40,040 nucleotides of DNA from Bacilli bacterium (GTDB taxonomy: Bacteria > Bacillota_I > Bacilli_A > RF39 > UBA660). The translations under genes were made by a program, and so were the position numbers. The notes beneath the pieces were generated by a model. The model saw nothing but the letters and a program-made list of their open reading frames with translations. It did not search any database and was not told the DNA's origin. Position 1 is the first letter of the stretch; the number at the start of each line of letters is the position of its first letter. The DNA is taken from the NCBI GenBank assembly GCA_022801735.1, contig JAAWSW010000003.1, forward strand, positions 1 through 40,040. Reading direction: 5' to 3'. Shown one piece after another: positions 8,445 through 18,240 of this stretch.

Positions 8445-9314
8445 TTATTCAATAATTTCTTGTTCAACTAGTAGTTCTATATTATATTTTTCTAATACTT
8501 CATCTTTAATATTATTAATTAAACTAATAACCTCTTTTCCACTTGCGCCACCAACATTAATGATAAAATTAGCATGCTTATCACTCACCATAGCATCACC
8601 AATCTTCGTACCTTTAAATCCCAAACTTTCAATTAAAGCACCAGCAAATTCGCCTTCAGGATTTCTAAAAACCGAACCTGCTGAAGGATATTCAAGTGGT
8701 TGTGATATTAGTCTTTTTTGTTTTCGAAGATTCATTAAATTAAATATTTTTTCTTTATCAGCAAAAGATAACTTCAAAACAGCACCAATACAAATATAAT
8801 CTTCATGTTTAAAAATACTATCACGATAACCAAAATGCAAATCATCTAATTTGATTTTTTTAACTTCATAATTATCGTCAATAATTATAACCTCACAAAC
8901 AACACAGTCCATACTAGAACCATATGCACCTGCATTCATGTAAATAGCCCCACCAATAGTTCCAGGAATACCAGAAGCAAACTCTAAGCCACTTAGTCCC
9001 AAACTAGCACATTTCATCGATAACTTCATTAAATTATATCCCGCACCTACAGAAACATATTCATCATGAATTTCCAAATTATTAAGTTCATCAAGTTTTA
9101 TAATTACCCCATCATAATCATTCACAAAAATCAAATTAGAACCATTACCAATAACCTTATACTTAATATTAGCATCATTCAAATATTTTAACAATTGCTG
9201 TAAATCAATCACACTTTTAGGATAAACTACTTTACTAAGTTTACCAGATAATTTATAAGTTGTGTAGTCTTTTATTAAAACATTTTCTAAAACCCTACCA
9301 AAATTATCTATCAT
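8445..9314 (-). CDS. murB: UDP-N-acetylmuramate dehydrogenase
   Basis: IGNGSNL, GLEFASGIPGTIGGAIYMNAGAYG, QPLEYPSAGSVFRNP, SDKHANFIIN. Confidence 0.98.
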   Translation of the reverse strand: MIDNFGRVLENVLIKDYTTYKLSGKLSKVVYPKSVIDLQQLLKYLNDANIKYKVIGNGSNLIFVNDYDGVIIKLDELNNLEIHDEYVSVGAGYNLMKLSMKCASLGLSGLEFASGIPGTIGGAIYMNAGAYGSSMDCVVCEVIIIDDNYEVKKIKLDDLHFGYRDSIFKHEDYICIGAVLKLSFADKEKIFNLMNLRKQKRLISQPLEYPSAGSVFRNPEGEFAGALIESLGFKGTKIGDAMVSDKHANFIINVGGASGKEVISLINNIKDEVLEKYNIELLVEQEIIE

Positions 9315-10387
9315 TTTACTAACTCTTTTAACTCATCATAAATTATAGACGCACTATCATCTACCTTTAACTTTTTCAAATTATTTTTAATCACTCTAAG
9401 TTTAACACTATCATCGATAACAGAATCAATAGTTTTAATCAAAGTGTCAGAAGATAAATTCTTCTCCTCAATCATTAATGCTGCATCATTATCAATCAAA
9501 TCTAAAGCATTAATATATTGATGATTATTTGCAACATAAGGTGATGGAATTAAAATTGAAGGAACCTCAAGTGAAATAATCTCACTCAAAGTAGAAGCCC
9601 CTGCCCTTGTAATCATTAAATCAGTTCTCTTAATAACCCTAGATAAGCCTTCGTAAAAAGGTATCACTTTTACATTATTTGGAAAATCCTTGTCTTTAAC
9701 CTGTTCATAAATAGATTTACCAGTCACATATAAAACCTCATAATTTTTATTTTTAAATTTATCCATACTATCAAGCATTACTTTATTAACTGATGCAGAG
9801 CCCAAAGAACCACATGCTACTAAAATAAGTTTTTTATTAGAAGAAAGTCCAAGTTCAGTTTTTGTTACAGCCTTAGCCTTAAGTGCCATTTCACCACATG
9901 GATTACCAGTAAGAGTGACTTTCTCCTTAGGCAAGTATTCCATTGAAGAAGCAAAAGAAACACCAATTTTATCAGTATATTTGGCTAAATATTTATTAGC
10001 CTTTCCAGGAATACTATTTTGTTCATGAATAAAAGTTTTATACCCTAACTTTTTCGCACTAACAATAACAGGCACTGTTACATACCCACCAACACCAATT
10101 ACTATATCTGGATTAAATTCCTTAATCATCTTTTTACAATCGCTAAAACCTTTAAAAACACATTTTAAAGTTTTAAAATTCTTAAATAAATTTTTCTTAT
10201 TAAAACCATACATCTCTATAGACTTAAAAGGAATACCTCTTTCAGGAACAATATCCTTTTCCATCCTATTATGAGTTCCAATATATAAAAACTCACTATT
10301 AGGTTCTTTTTCTTTTATTTTGTCAATAATTGCCAAAGCAGGATATATATGCCCGCCTGTTCCTCCAGCACTTACAACTACTCTCAT
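9311..10387 (-). CDS. murG: Undecaprenyldiphospho-muramoylpentapeptide beta-N-acetylglucosaminyltransferase
   Basis: GGTGGHIYPA, GVGGYV, HEQNSIPG, GSLGS, RAGASTLSE, HQYINA. Confidence 0.98.
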   Translation of the reverse strand: MRVVVSAGGTGGHIYPALAIIDKIKEKEPNSEFLYIGTHNRMEKDIVPERGIPFKSIEMYGFNKKNLFKNFKTLKCVFKGFSDCKKMIKEFNPDIVIGVGGYVTVPVIVSAKKLGYKTFIHEQNSIPGKANKYLAKYTDKIGVSFASSMEYLPKEKVTLTGNPCGEMALKAKAVTKTELGLSSNKKLILVACGSLGSASVNKVMLDSMDKFKNKNYEVLYVTGKSIYEQVKDKDFPNNVKVIPFYEGLSRVIKRTDLMITRAGASTLSEIISLEVPSILIPSPYVANNHQYINALDLIDNDAALMIEEKNLSSDTLIKTIDSVIDDSVKLRVIKNNLKKLKVDDSASIIYDELKELVK

Positions 10388-10465
10388 GTGACCACATCCT
10401 TAAAAATATTATATCATAATTATATTCAAAAAAAAGCGAAAATAGAAACGAAGTGTAAAGCAAAA

Positions 10466-12400
10466 CTATATATTATCATTAGTAATCATTGACACTAAAT
10501 TACCACCATTAAATCTCCTATGAGTAAATAACATAGTTAAATACACAAGCAATAATAAAATAATAAAACTAAAAATGAGTTCCTTAAACGGATATATAAT
10601 TTCTATAGTAAGAATTCTATTTAAACTCTCACACAAAATATAATTAATAAAAAACACAAAAGGTAAAGCTAAAATAAAACCTTTAATCACAATATATAAA
10701 CTTTCATAAAATAACATTTCCCTAAGTTTACACTGTCTTAAACCAACACTTTTTAAAGTCGCAAATTCCTGTATACGTAAATTAGTACTAGCCCAAATAG
10801 TATTAATAATAGAACTAACACCAATTAATAAAACTAAAACAGTAATACCATACAAAATAATTTTAATTGCTACAATAATATTATTAGTAAGTAACGTAGC
10901 CTTTCTAACATCAACATAAGAAATATCACTTATATTATTATCCTTAGAAAATTTATTTAAACTTTCTTCTAAATCCTTACTGCCATTCATAAATAAATTT
11001 AAAGAAGTATTTTTACAATAATTCTTTATATTTTTAGTTACCAAAACCACATTATCTCTTGTCAAATAATTAGAAATACCAAATGGTACTTTATCCCTAG
11101 TAATAAATCCCTCTTCCCTATCATTAATAATTAACTTAATAGAATCCTTTAAATAAAGTTTATCAAGTTTTACTAACTTATCGCCTTCATTATAAACTTC
11201 TTTAACTCTATTAATAACATAATCATCATCACCACTAACAACATACAAATTATTATTTTTATATTTCCTATCTAAATAACTATCAGGTGCCACCGAAACA
11301 GTTTCTAGACAAGACTCAAATAAATTATATTTATCACTGTTAGCCTTGGCATATAATTTTAACTTTTTCTTCACCAAATCATCACTATTTTCCAAAATAA
11401 CTTCAGCATCATACTCAGGCAAATTATTAAAACTATTCATACTTTTAATTCCATAACTTAAATACATACTAAAAGTTGTATAAATAATTATACTAATAAA
11501 AATACATAAAATAATAGGTCTATACTTTTTCCTACACCTTTTATAATTATAAAAAGCAAGCCTTTTAGTAATACTAATTTTTTTAAATAACTTAGGCTCC
11601 TTTTTAAACTTATAATCATTATTACTTCTAATACTATCAATAATTGGTATTTTACTTGCCAATATAGCAGGTAAAAAAGCCGATAATAACACCACCACTA
11701 TTACAAAAATAAAAGGAACTAAAACAAACAACGGATAAATAGAAAGTTTCAAATCAGATGTAAATAACAAAGAAAGCAAATCATTAATAACCCTAAGTAC
11801 AATAAACATCAAATTTACACTAATAACAAATCCCAGTAAAAGACCAATTAATAAAATAATAACGCTTTCAAAAATAACCATATTTCTTATTTTCCTCTTA
11901 GTCATCCCTAACGCTTTCAATAAACTAAATTGCCGTCTTCTTTCCATCACCGAAATAGAAAATGAATTATAAATAATAATCATTACACCAACACTTAAAA
12001 TAGTTAAAATAATAAAAATCAAACTAATAAACGTATCCAAAACATTTTCATTTTTACTAACACCATATAAAGATAACAACGGCTCATTATACACAATCTC
12101 CTTACAATTACCATTACATATTTCGTCTGTATAATCATAAGTTTTTCTTATATCATCATAAGTAATATAAAATTTACCCGAAGAAGATACAACTTTCTTA
12201 ACATGACTCTTTGGAATATTATCAGATTTTAAACTAACATGATAACTCCCATTATTTTTTATTACATCACTAATCATATAATCCCTAATACTAGAAAAAA
12301 ATAACCCAATACACATAAATAAAATAGATGCCAAAGTAACACTACAAATAGTAATAAAAGTTCTTTTTTTATTTCTAATTAAAAATCTAATTGTCAGCAC
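10466..12400 (-). CDS. FtsX-family ABC transporter permease
   Basis: Two FtsX repeats (IYNSFSISVMERRRQFSLLKALG; RIQEFATLKSVG) and multiple TMs. Confidence 0.9.
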   Translation of the reverse strand: MLTIRFLIRNKKRTFITICSVTLASILFMCIGLFFSSIRDYMISDVIKNNGSYHVSLKSDNIPKSHVKKVVSSSGKFYITYDDIRKTYDYTDEICNGNCKEIVYNEPLLSLYGVSKNENVLDTFISLIFIILTILSVGVMIIIYNSFSISVMERRRQFSLLKALGMTKRKIRNMVIFESVIILLIGLLLGFVISVNLMFIVLRVINDLLSLLFTSDLKLSIYPLFVLVPFIFVIVVVLLSAFLPAILASKIPIIDSIRSNNDYKFKKEPKLFKKISITKRLAFYNYKRCRKKYRPIILCIFISIIIYTTFSMYLSYGIKSMNSFNNLPEYDAEVILENSDDLVKKKLKLYAKANSDKYNLFESCLETVSVAPDSYLDRKYKNNNLYVVSGDDDYVINRVKEVYNEGDKLVKLDKLYLKDSIKLIINDREEGFITRDKVPFGISNYLTRDNVVLVTKNIKNYCKNTSLNLFMNGSKDLEESLNKFSKDNNISDISYVDVRKATLLTNNIIVAIKIILYGITVLVLLIGVSSIINTIWASTNLRIQEFATLKSVGLRQCKLREMLFYESLYIVIKGFILALPFVFFINYILCESLNRILTIEIIYPFKELIFSFIILLLLVYLTMLFTHRRFNGGNLVSMITNDNI

Positions 12401-13073
12401 TCATCTCATCTCCAACTATTTTACCATCATTAATTGTAATCACCCTGTCTGCCATATTAGCAATCTTCGAATCATGAGTAACCATAACAATAGTTTGACC
12501 ATACTGCCTATTATAATATTTCAGCATATTAATAATTTTTTTACTATTCTTACTATCCAAATTACCCGTAGGCTCATCTGCCAAAATAATTTTAGGGTGG
12601 TTTATAATTGCCCTCCCAATTGCTACCCTTTGTTGCTGACCCCCAGATAATTCATTAGGTAAATGATTTAATCGTTTTCCTAAATCAAGTGTTTTAATAA
12701 CCTCATCAAAATATTCTTCATCAACCATAATCCCCTCTAAGGACACTGGTAAAATAATATTTTCTCTTACATCAAGTACAGGAATCAAATTATAAAATTG
12801 ATAAATAAACCCAATGTTTGAACGTCTAAAACTAGTAAGTTTATCATCCTTCATTTCATAAATATTAACACCATCGATACATACACTACCACTAGTTGGA
12901 ATATCTACACCACCCAAAAGATGTAATAAAGTACTTTTACCACTACCACTTTTTCCGGTAATTGCAACAAACTCACCTTTATTGATTACTAAATCTACAT
13001 TCTTAACAGCATAAACCTTATTATCATTATTTCCGTAAATTTTTACTAAATTACTTGCTCTTAAAATTTCCAT
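12387..13073 (-). CDS. ABC transporter ATP-binding protein (LolD/MacB-type)
   Basis: [38 protein letters not shown]. Confidence 0.96.
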   Translation of the reverse strand: MEILRASNLVKIYGNNDNKVYAVKNVDLVINKGEFVAITGKSGSGKSTLLHLLGGVDIPTSGSVCIDGVNIYEMKDDKLTSFRRSNIGFIYQFYNLIPVLDVRENIILPVSLEGIMVDEEYFDEVIKTLDLGKRLNHLPNELSGGQQQRVAIGRAIINHPKIILADEPTGNLDSKNSKKIINMLKYYNRQYGQTIVMVTHDSKIANMADRVITINDGKIVGDEMSADN

Positions 13074-13087
13074 TTTATCATCCTCCT

Positions 13088-13978
13088 CTAATTGTTTATA
13101 AGCTCATAAGTAGTAACAAAAACACCATCAGGTTTAATATATTTAAATACATAACCATCATTTTCTAAACACATTATAATTCCAATAGTTTTATTATTAA
13201 ATGACTCTTTTATATGATTATCTACATATCCCATATACTTCATAACTTGTCCTATATGTTCTGCCTTAAATTCAATCGCTTTAATTTCAACTACTACAAA
13301 ACAGTTAAACTTATAATTAAAAAGCAAAAAATCTATTGAATGCTTATTTTCACCTATTTGTATTTTTACTTCATGCCCTACATAAGTAAAACCAATACCT
13401 AATTGTTTTAAAAAGTTATCCATATCTTCCATTATAGAATTATGTACAAATAACTCAGTTACCTTATCTGGTACTTTTTTGGTATTTATAATAACTGGGT
13501 CTTTTATTAAAGTATTTACTTTAGGCTCACTTAGTTCTTCCTTATAACCAATTCTTTCATATTCGTTTGCTTTTATTCTTTTTCTAAGTTCACGTACAGA
13601 AAGGCTTTGATTTTTAGTTATATAAATATAATAATTGGCTTCTTTTATATCATCTATATAAATAATTTCTAACACTTGACTCCAATTTAAATGATACAAA
13701 TGGTCCGACAATGTCGGACTTTTTAAATATAATTGCCTCATTCCCTTTAAACTAGTAATGTTATATCCCTTCCCAAGTTCTCTAGTTAACCTTTCAGAAT
13801 AATCTTTAATCAGTTTATTTCCATACTTTGCCCTTTCTTCTCCGCCTTGCGCGTCTACTAACAATCTACCGACTTCATAATAACTATTCAAATCACTTCT
13901 ATTTTTAGAATAGTCTTTAGCCTTTTTATATACTTCGTTTCTAATTAATGTATCTTTTATTTCATCATAATAGTTCAA
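13088..13978 (-). CDS. YhcG/DUF1016 family PD-(D/E)XK nuclease
   Basis: YYEVGRLL..AKYG...L..ELGKGY..L..MRQ.Y, IKDP, F.YVG, IDFLLFN...FVVVEIK...HIGQV..Y. TTG start with a GGAGG RBS. Confidence 0.92.
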   Translation of the reverse strand: MNYYDEIKDTLIRNEVYKKAKDYSKNRSDLNSYYEVGRLLVDAQGGEERAKYGNKLIKDYSERLTRELGKGYNITSLKGMRQLYLKSPTLSDHLYHLNWSQVLEIIYIDDIKEANYYIYITKNQSLSVRELRKRIKANEYERIGYKEELSEPKVNTLIKDPVIINTKKVPDKVTELFVHNSIMEDMDNFLKQLGIGFTYVGHEVKIQIGENKHSIDFLLFNYKFNCFVVVEIKAIEFKAEHIGQVMKYMGYVDNHIKESFNNKTIGIIMCLENDGYVFKYIKPDGVFVTTYELINN

Positions 13979-14005
13979 TTTATACCTCCTTTCTAATAAT
14001 TATTA

Positions 14006-14047
14006 CCCCTTCATATGTATGGTACTGCGTCGGCCTACCAAATTCCT
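14006..14047 (-). repeat. Conserved ~42-bp upstream element, copy 2 (before yhcG)
   Basis: ccccttcatatgtatggtactgcgtcggcctaccaaattcct aligns to 5242-5282. Confidence 0.85.
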
Positions 14048-14153
14048 TCTTTTTATCCTAAATTTGTAAAATTTCCTTTTTTGCACTTTTTTTATTACAA
14101 ATTTCCCTTTTTAAAACATAAAATATGCTACAATAATACAAGGAGGGATAATT

Positions 14154-14816
14154 ATGCCATCATGGCCCATACACATTGCATTAGCGCATAAACTAAATAA
14201 ACAACTAAAATTAAATGACGATTTCATCTTAGGCAACATTATGCCTGATGTTTTAGATGGATATGTTATAAAACCTTCTAATAAAACCGAAAAAAAACAA
14301 AGTCACTATTATTCAAATAAAAAAATAAATCCTGAAAACTTTGTAAAAGAAAATAAAAATGAATTACATAATCCAATAATATTAGGATATCTAATTCATT
14401 TATTAACAGATAAATTTTATAACGAAGAAACCGCAAAACATTTTATTAATGAAAATAATAATCTTTATGTTGTTTTAAATGACAATACAAAAGCACCTAA
14501 AAATTTAGAAACATTTGGAATGAAACATCAAGACTTAGATAAATATGGAAAAATGCTTGCCCAAAACAACCTATTAGGTAATAAAATCATTCTAAATAAT
14601 AATACCTTCAATAATATAAAACACTTAAAACAATTTAACTATAATACTAGCGATATAGAAAGTACCATTAAAATTATAAATGATTGGATTTATAACAAAA
14701 TAAACATAGCTAATAAAGATTATAAACTATATAGCCAAAAAGAGTTAGATGAAATTTATGAAAATTGTTATCAATATATATTAAATTATCTAAAAAACTT
14801 AAAAGAGACTAAATAA
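14154..14816 (+). CDS. Zinc-dependent phospholipase C-like hydrolase
   Basis: MPSWPIH, FILGNIMPD, SHY and LGYLIHLLTD metal-ligand pattern. Confidence 0.65.
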   Translation: MPSWPIHIALAHKLNKQLKLNDDFILGNIMPDVLDGYVIKPSNKTEKKQSHYYSNKKINPENFVKENKNELHNPIILGYLIHLLTDKFYNEETAKHFINENNNLYVVLNDNTKAPKNLETFGMKHQDLDKYGKMLAQNNLLGNKIILNNNTFNNIKHLKQFNYNTSDIESTIKIINDWIYNKINIANKDYKLYSQKELDEIYENCYQYILNYLKNLKETK

Positions 14817-15200
14817 TTAACAGTCTCTTTTTTCTCTTTCCATTACCAAATTAAGCATATAAATACTATCATCACCAATACCAATTTCTTTATGCTTACA
14901 AATTAATCCCTTTCTTCGGCCTATTACTTTATAACAACCAGAATCTAATCCAGTAACAACAAAATTACCACAACAATTAGTCCTAGTTTCTTTAATCAAA
15001 CGCCTTCCTGAATATATACAAACGTTTACACAAGAAGCCGCTTTTATACATGGATCACAATCATTAATGATTACTGTCCCTACAATCGTAGAATTAGATA
15101 TATTCTCATTTTTAATTAAAAAATTGCTATCATATCTAACTTCTGGGGCATTAGCGCAAAACCTACCTAAAGGCATTGTAATATCATTATCCATATGCAA
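14817..15200 (-). CDS. Cys-rich hypothetical protein with a carboxypeptidase-regulatory-like beta-sandwich
   Basis: TIVGTV...P...V.IY...IKETRTN..GNFVVTGL.SG.YKV pattern; ~10 Cys; GGGGGA RBS. Exact start uncertain. Confidence 0.5.
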   Translation of the reverse strand: MHMDNDITMPLGRFCANAPEVRYDSNFLIKNENISNSTIVGTVIINDCDPCIKAASCVNVCIYSGRRLIKETRTNCCGNFVVTGLDSGCYKVIGRRKGLICKHKEIGIGDDSIYMLNLVMEREKRDC

Positions 15201-15335
15201 ATCCCCCTTTCAAAATATTATATGAAAACATAAAAATTAATTATGTTTAAATAACTAATCATAAAATAATATATTTTTTTATAAAAAAACATTCTAATTT
15301 ATAAAAAATGTGTTATAATTAATTATGTGAGATTT

Positions 15336-15411
15336 GTCTCCGTAGCTCAGTTGGTAGAGCAACAGACTCTTAATCTGTGGGTCCAGAGTTCGAGCCTCTG
15401 CGGGGACACCA
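15336..15411 (+). tRNA. tRNA-Lys (anticodon CTT)
   Basis: 76-nt cloverleaf: GTCTCCG/CGGGGAC acceptor stem, TAGCTCAGTTGGTAGAGC D arm, ACAGA-CT-CTT-AA-TCTGT anticodon arm, GTTCGAG T loop, encoded CCA. Confidence 0.98.
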
Positions 15412-15422
15412 TTTAAAAAATT

Positions 15423-15448
15423 AAATCCTTTCAAAAAAGGATTTTTTT
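15423..15448 (+). terminator. Intrinsic terminator after tRNA-Lys
   Basis: AAATCCTTT/AAAGGATTT stem followed by a T-tract. Confidence 0.75.
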
Positions 15449-15603
15449 ATTTTGGAAATATCGCCAAAAATTACCAATAACAAAACGCCCAAAAATACTG
15501 TAAAATATATTGTAAACCAAAGCCCAAAAGCAAATTAAACTCTATACGAAAAAACAAGGGTTTGGTATAATAAATATAAGACTTTAAATAGAGGTGAAGT
15601 AAA

Positions 15604-16866
15604 ATGAAAAGAGCAAGTTTAATAATGTTAACAATGATATTATCTTTTAGTTTTATTAGTAATACAAAGGCATTATATACTGATGCTAGTGTTGGCACAT
15701 ATGAACAAGAATTATCAAAATTTCCTTGTGATTACCAAACAAAAGTAAAACAATTGCACAATACATATCCAAATGCTGTATTTGTGGCCCAAAATTTATT
15801 CTTTGACTGGAGCAAATATAAAGAAGTTGCAGTCGCATGGAATGATATGGTAAAAGCAGAAACCGCATCTAATAAAAGTTGGATACCTAGTAATCAACCT
15901 GCAGCATATAGAACTTCAACCTGCAGACAATGGAGTGGCAGTACTTGTACATGGTATGAAGCATCAGAAGCCGGCGTTAAATATTATTTAAATCCATACA
16001 ATTTCCTAGATGAAAAATATGTATTTATGTTTGAATCACAACTTTATAATCCAAATCAAACAGAAGACGGAATTGAAAATATGTTTAATGGAAGCTCATT
16101 TTTATCACATAAAAACTGTCCAGGTTCAAATAAAACTTATGCACAGGTTATAATGGAAGCGGCTAAGACTCATGGCCTTAGTGCCTATATGTTAGCCGCT
16201 AGAATAAAGCAAGAACAAGGTTCAGGGACAAGCCCACTTGTTACTGGAAAATTCGCAGGTTATGAAGGTTATTACAATTACTTTAATATTAAAGCCAGTG
16301 GTAGTACTACTAACGAAATAGCAACAAATGGTCTAAAATATGCAAAAGAACAAGGATGGAATACCCCTTATAAATCTATAATTGGTGGCGCCAAATTTCT
16401 ACGTAGTAAGTATATTGGTGCTAATGATAAATATAATGTAAAAGGACAAATGACTGGATACCTACAAAAATGGGATCCATATGGACCACAATATGGAGGA
16501 CAACAATACATGCAAAATATTATGGCTCCATATTCTGAAGCATCTTCAACTTATAAAACATATGCTTCATTTAATAATTATAAAAATTTAAAATATGTAT
16601 TCTATATTCCAATATTTACAGGCGCACCTAACACTACAAATACTAGTTGCAATAATACTACCAATACAATAAAATATGGTGATTTAAATGGTGATGGCTT
16701 AATTAATTCAGCAGATTTATTAAAAATGAGACAACACCTAATTGGAACAGTTAAACTATCTGGAAACTATCTAACTGCTGCTGACATCAATAAAGATGGT
16801 ACAGTTAATTCAGCAGACTTATTAAGATTAAGACAACACTTAATTGGAACAAATATAATTAAATAA
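15604..16866 (+). CDS. Secreted GH73-like N-acetylglucosaminidase (autolysin) with C-terminal dockerin
   Basis: Signal peptide; [46 protein letters not shown]; duplicated dockerin loops [15 protein letters not shown] and [15 protein letters not shown]. Confidence 0.85.
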   Translation: MKRASLIMLTMILSFSFISNTKALYTDASVGTYEQELSKFPCDYQTKVKQLHNTYPNAVFVAQNLFFDWSKYKEVAVAWNDMVKAETASNKSWIPSNQPAAYRTSTCRQWSGSTCTWYEASEAGVKYYLNPYNFLDEKYVFMFESQLYNPNQTEDGIENMFNGSSFLSHKNCPGSNKTYAQVIMEAAKTHGLSAYMLAARIKQEQGSGTSPLVTGKFAGYEGYYNYFNIKASGSTTNEIATNGLKYAKEQGWNTPYKSIIGGAKFLRSKYIGANDKYNVKGQMTGYLQKWDPYGPQYGGQQYMQNIMAPYSEASSTYKTYASFNNYKNLKYVFYIPIFTGAPNTTNTSCNNTTNTIKYGDLNGDGLINSADLLKMRQHLIGTVKLSGNYLTAADINKDGTVNSADLLRLRQHLIGTNIIK

Positions 16867-16881
16867 TAGGAGGTATAAAAT

Positions 16882-18240
16882 ATGAAAAAAATTATATATA
16901 TTATTTTACCAATAATAACATTTTTCATCTTAACACTTAAAGCCGATGCAGCAGCATCATTATCAGCCCCCTCTTCTGTTACAAATGGTTCATCCTTTAC
17001 AGTAACCGCAAACGTAAGTGGTGTTGCTGCTTGGGAAGTACATGTAAAAGCAACTGGCCCAGTAAGTGGCTGTGTTATTAATGTAGCAGATTCCGACGCA
17101 AATGCTAATAATACTTCAAAAAAATTCTCAGCAACATGTAGAGCAACAGGAACAGGTACTATTAAAATAACAATGTCTGGAAACACAACTACAGCAGCAG
17201 GAGCAACTTCAAATATATCTGGTTCTAGAACAGTTACAGTGAAAAACAAAACAACAAGTAACACTACAACTAATAACAATAACACATCTTCTTCTAAAAA
17301 CACACAAAAAAACACTACAACTGATAACAAATCAAATGACAATACATTAAAATCATTATCAGTTGAAGGCGGCTCAATAAACTTTAATAAAGATGTGGTA
17401 ACTTACAACATATCTGTTGGAAATGATATAAAGAAAATAAAAATAAACGCTGAAGCAAACAATTCAAAAGCAACCATAACTGGTACTGGTGAAAAAGATG
17501 TTAAAGAAGGAGACAATAAATTTGATATTGTTGTAACCGCTGAAAACGGTGATAAAAAAACATATACAATAAATATTAATGTTGATACAAAACCTATTAC
17601 AGTAACAGTCGGTGGTAAAAAATATACATTAATTAAGAAAAAAGAAGAACTTCCTGAATTAAGTATTGAACATGAAGATTTAATTTTAAATTTTGAAGGC
17701 CAAGATGTTCCTGCATATAGAATAGATAAAATTAATTTTGTTTTAGTAGCGCTTAGAGATGAAGACGGTAATATCAAACTATATAAATATGATTCATACA
17801 AAGATAATGAAAAACCAGACAAATATACCCTATTTAGACATTTCTCACTTCCACAAATGCTTGTATCATATTTAGAATTTCCAAAAAAATTAATTCCTGA
17901 AGGATATAAAAAATACACTGAAGAAATTAATGGAGAAAAAGTAACTGTTTATAAAACATCTAAAAATTCAAATTATAGTCTATTCTATGGAATAAATATA
18001 GAAACAGGAAAAAAACATGTATATAGATATGACAAAAGAGAAAATACAATGCAAATATATGATCAAGAAGAAAATCCTTTAAAACAAACATTAGAAGAAT
18101 ATGAATACATTATAGTAGGACTAATAGGAATAAGTGCAATATTACTATTAATCATAGTAATTCAAATGGGATCAAAAAGAAAATTTAAAAAGAAAGTATT
18201 ACAAAAAATACAAAATAAAGAAAACAGTTTCTTAGACTAA
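16882..18240 (+). CDS. Membrane-anchored surface protein: cohesin-like N-domain, Thr/Asn linker, cadherin-like beta-sandwich, C-terminal TM
   Basis: Signal peptide (ADA); SSVTNGSSFTVT...F...ATGTGTIKI beta-sandwich; KSNDNTLKSLSV...VTAENG.KKTYTINI cadherin-like motif; TM followed by a KRKFKKK tail. The cohesin call is by pattern only. Confidence 0.7.
   Translation: MKKIIYIILPIITFFILTLKADAAASLSAPSSVTNGSSFTVTANVSGVAAWEVHVKATGPVSGCVINVADSDANANNTSKKFSATCRATGTGTIKITMSGNTTTAAGATSNISGSRTVTVKNKTTSNTTTNNNNTSSSKNTQKNTTTDNKSNDNTLKSLSVEGGSINFNKDVVTYNISVGNDIKKIKINAEANNSKATITGTGEKDVKEGDNKFDIVVTAENGDKKTYTININVDTKPITVTVGGKKYTLIKKKEELPELSIEHEDLILNFEGQDVPAYRIDKINFVLVALRDEDGNIKLYKYDSYKDNEKPDKYTLFRHFSLPQMLVSYLEFPKKLIPEGYKKYTEEINGEKVTVYKTSKNSNYSLFYGINIETGKKHVYRYDKRENTMQIYDQEENPLKQTLEEYEYIIVGLIGISAILLLIIVIQMGSKRKFKKKVLQKIQNKENSFLD

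Noticed and set aside
15499-15516. WalR-like box TGTAAA-N6-TGTAAA upstream of the autolysin
   Set aside because: The WalR consensus needs an N5 spacer, and such AT-rich matches arise easily by chance.
17245-17345. ACA/AAC-rich low-complexity tract as a repeat array
   Set aside because: It encodes a Thr/Asn/Ser linker and has no regular repeat-spacer period.
15336-18240. Genomic island integrated at tRNA-Lys
   Set aside because: No integrase and no duplicated tRNA 3' end were seen in the window.
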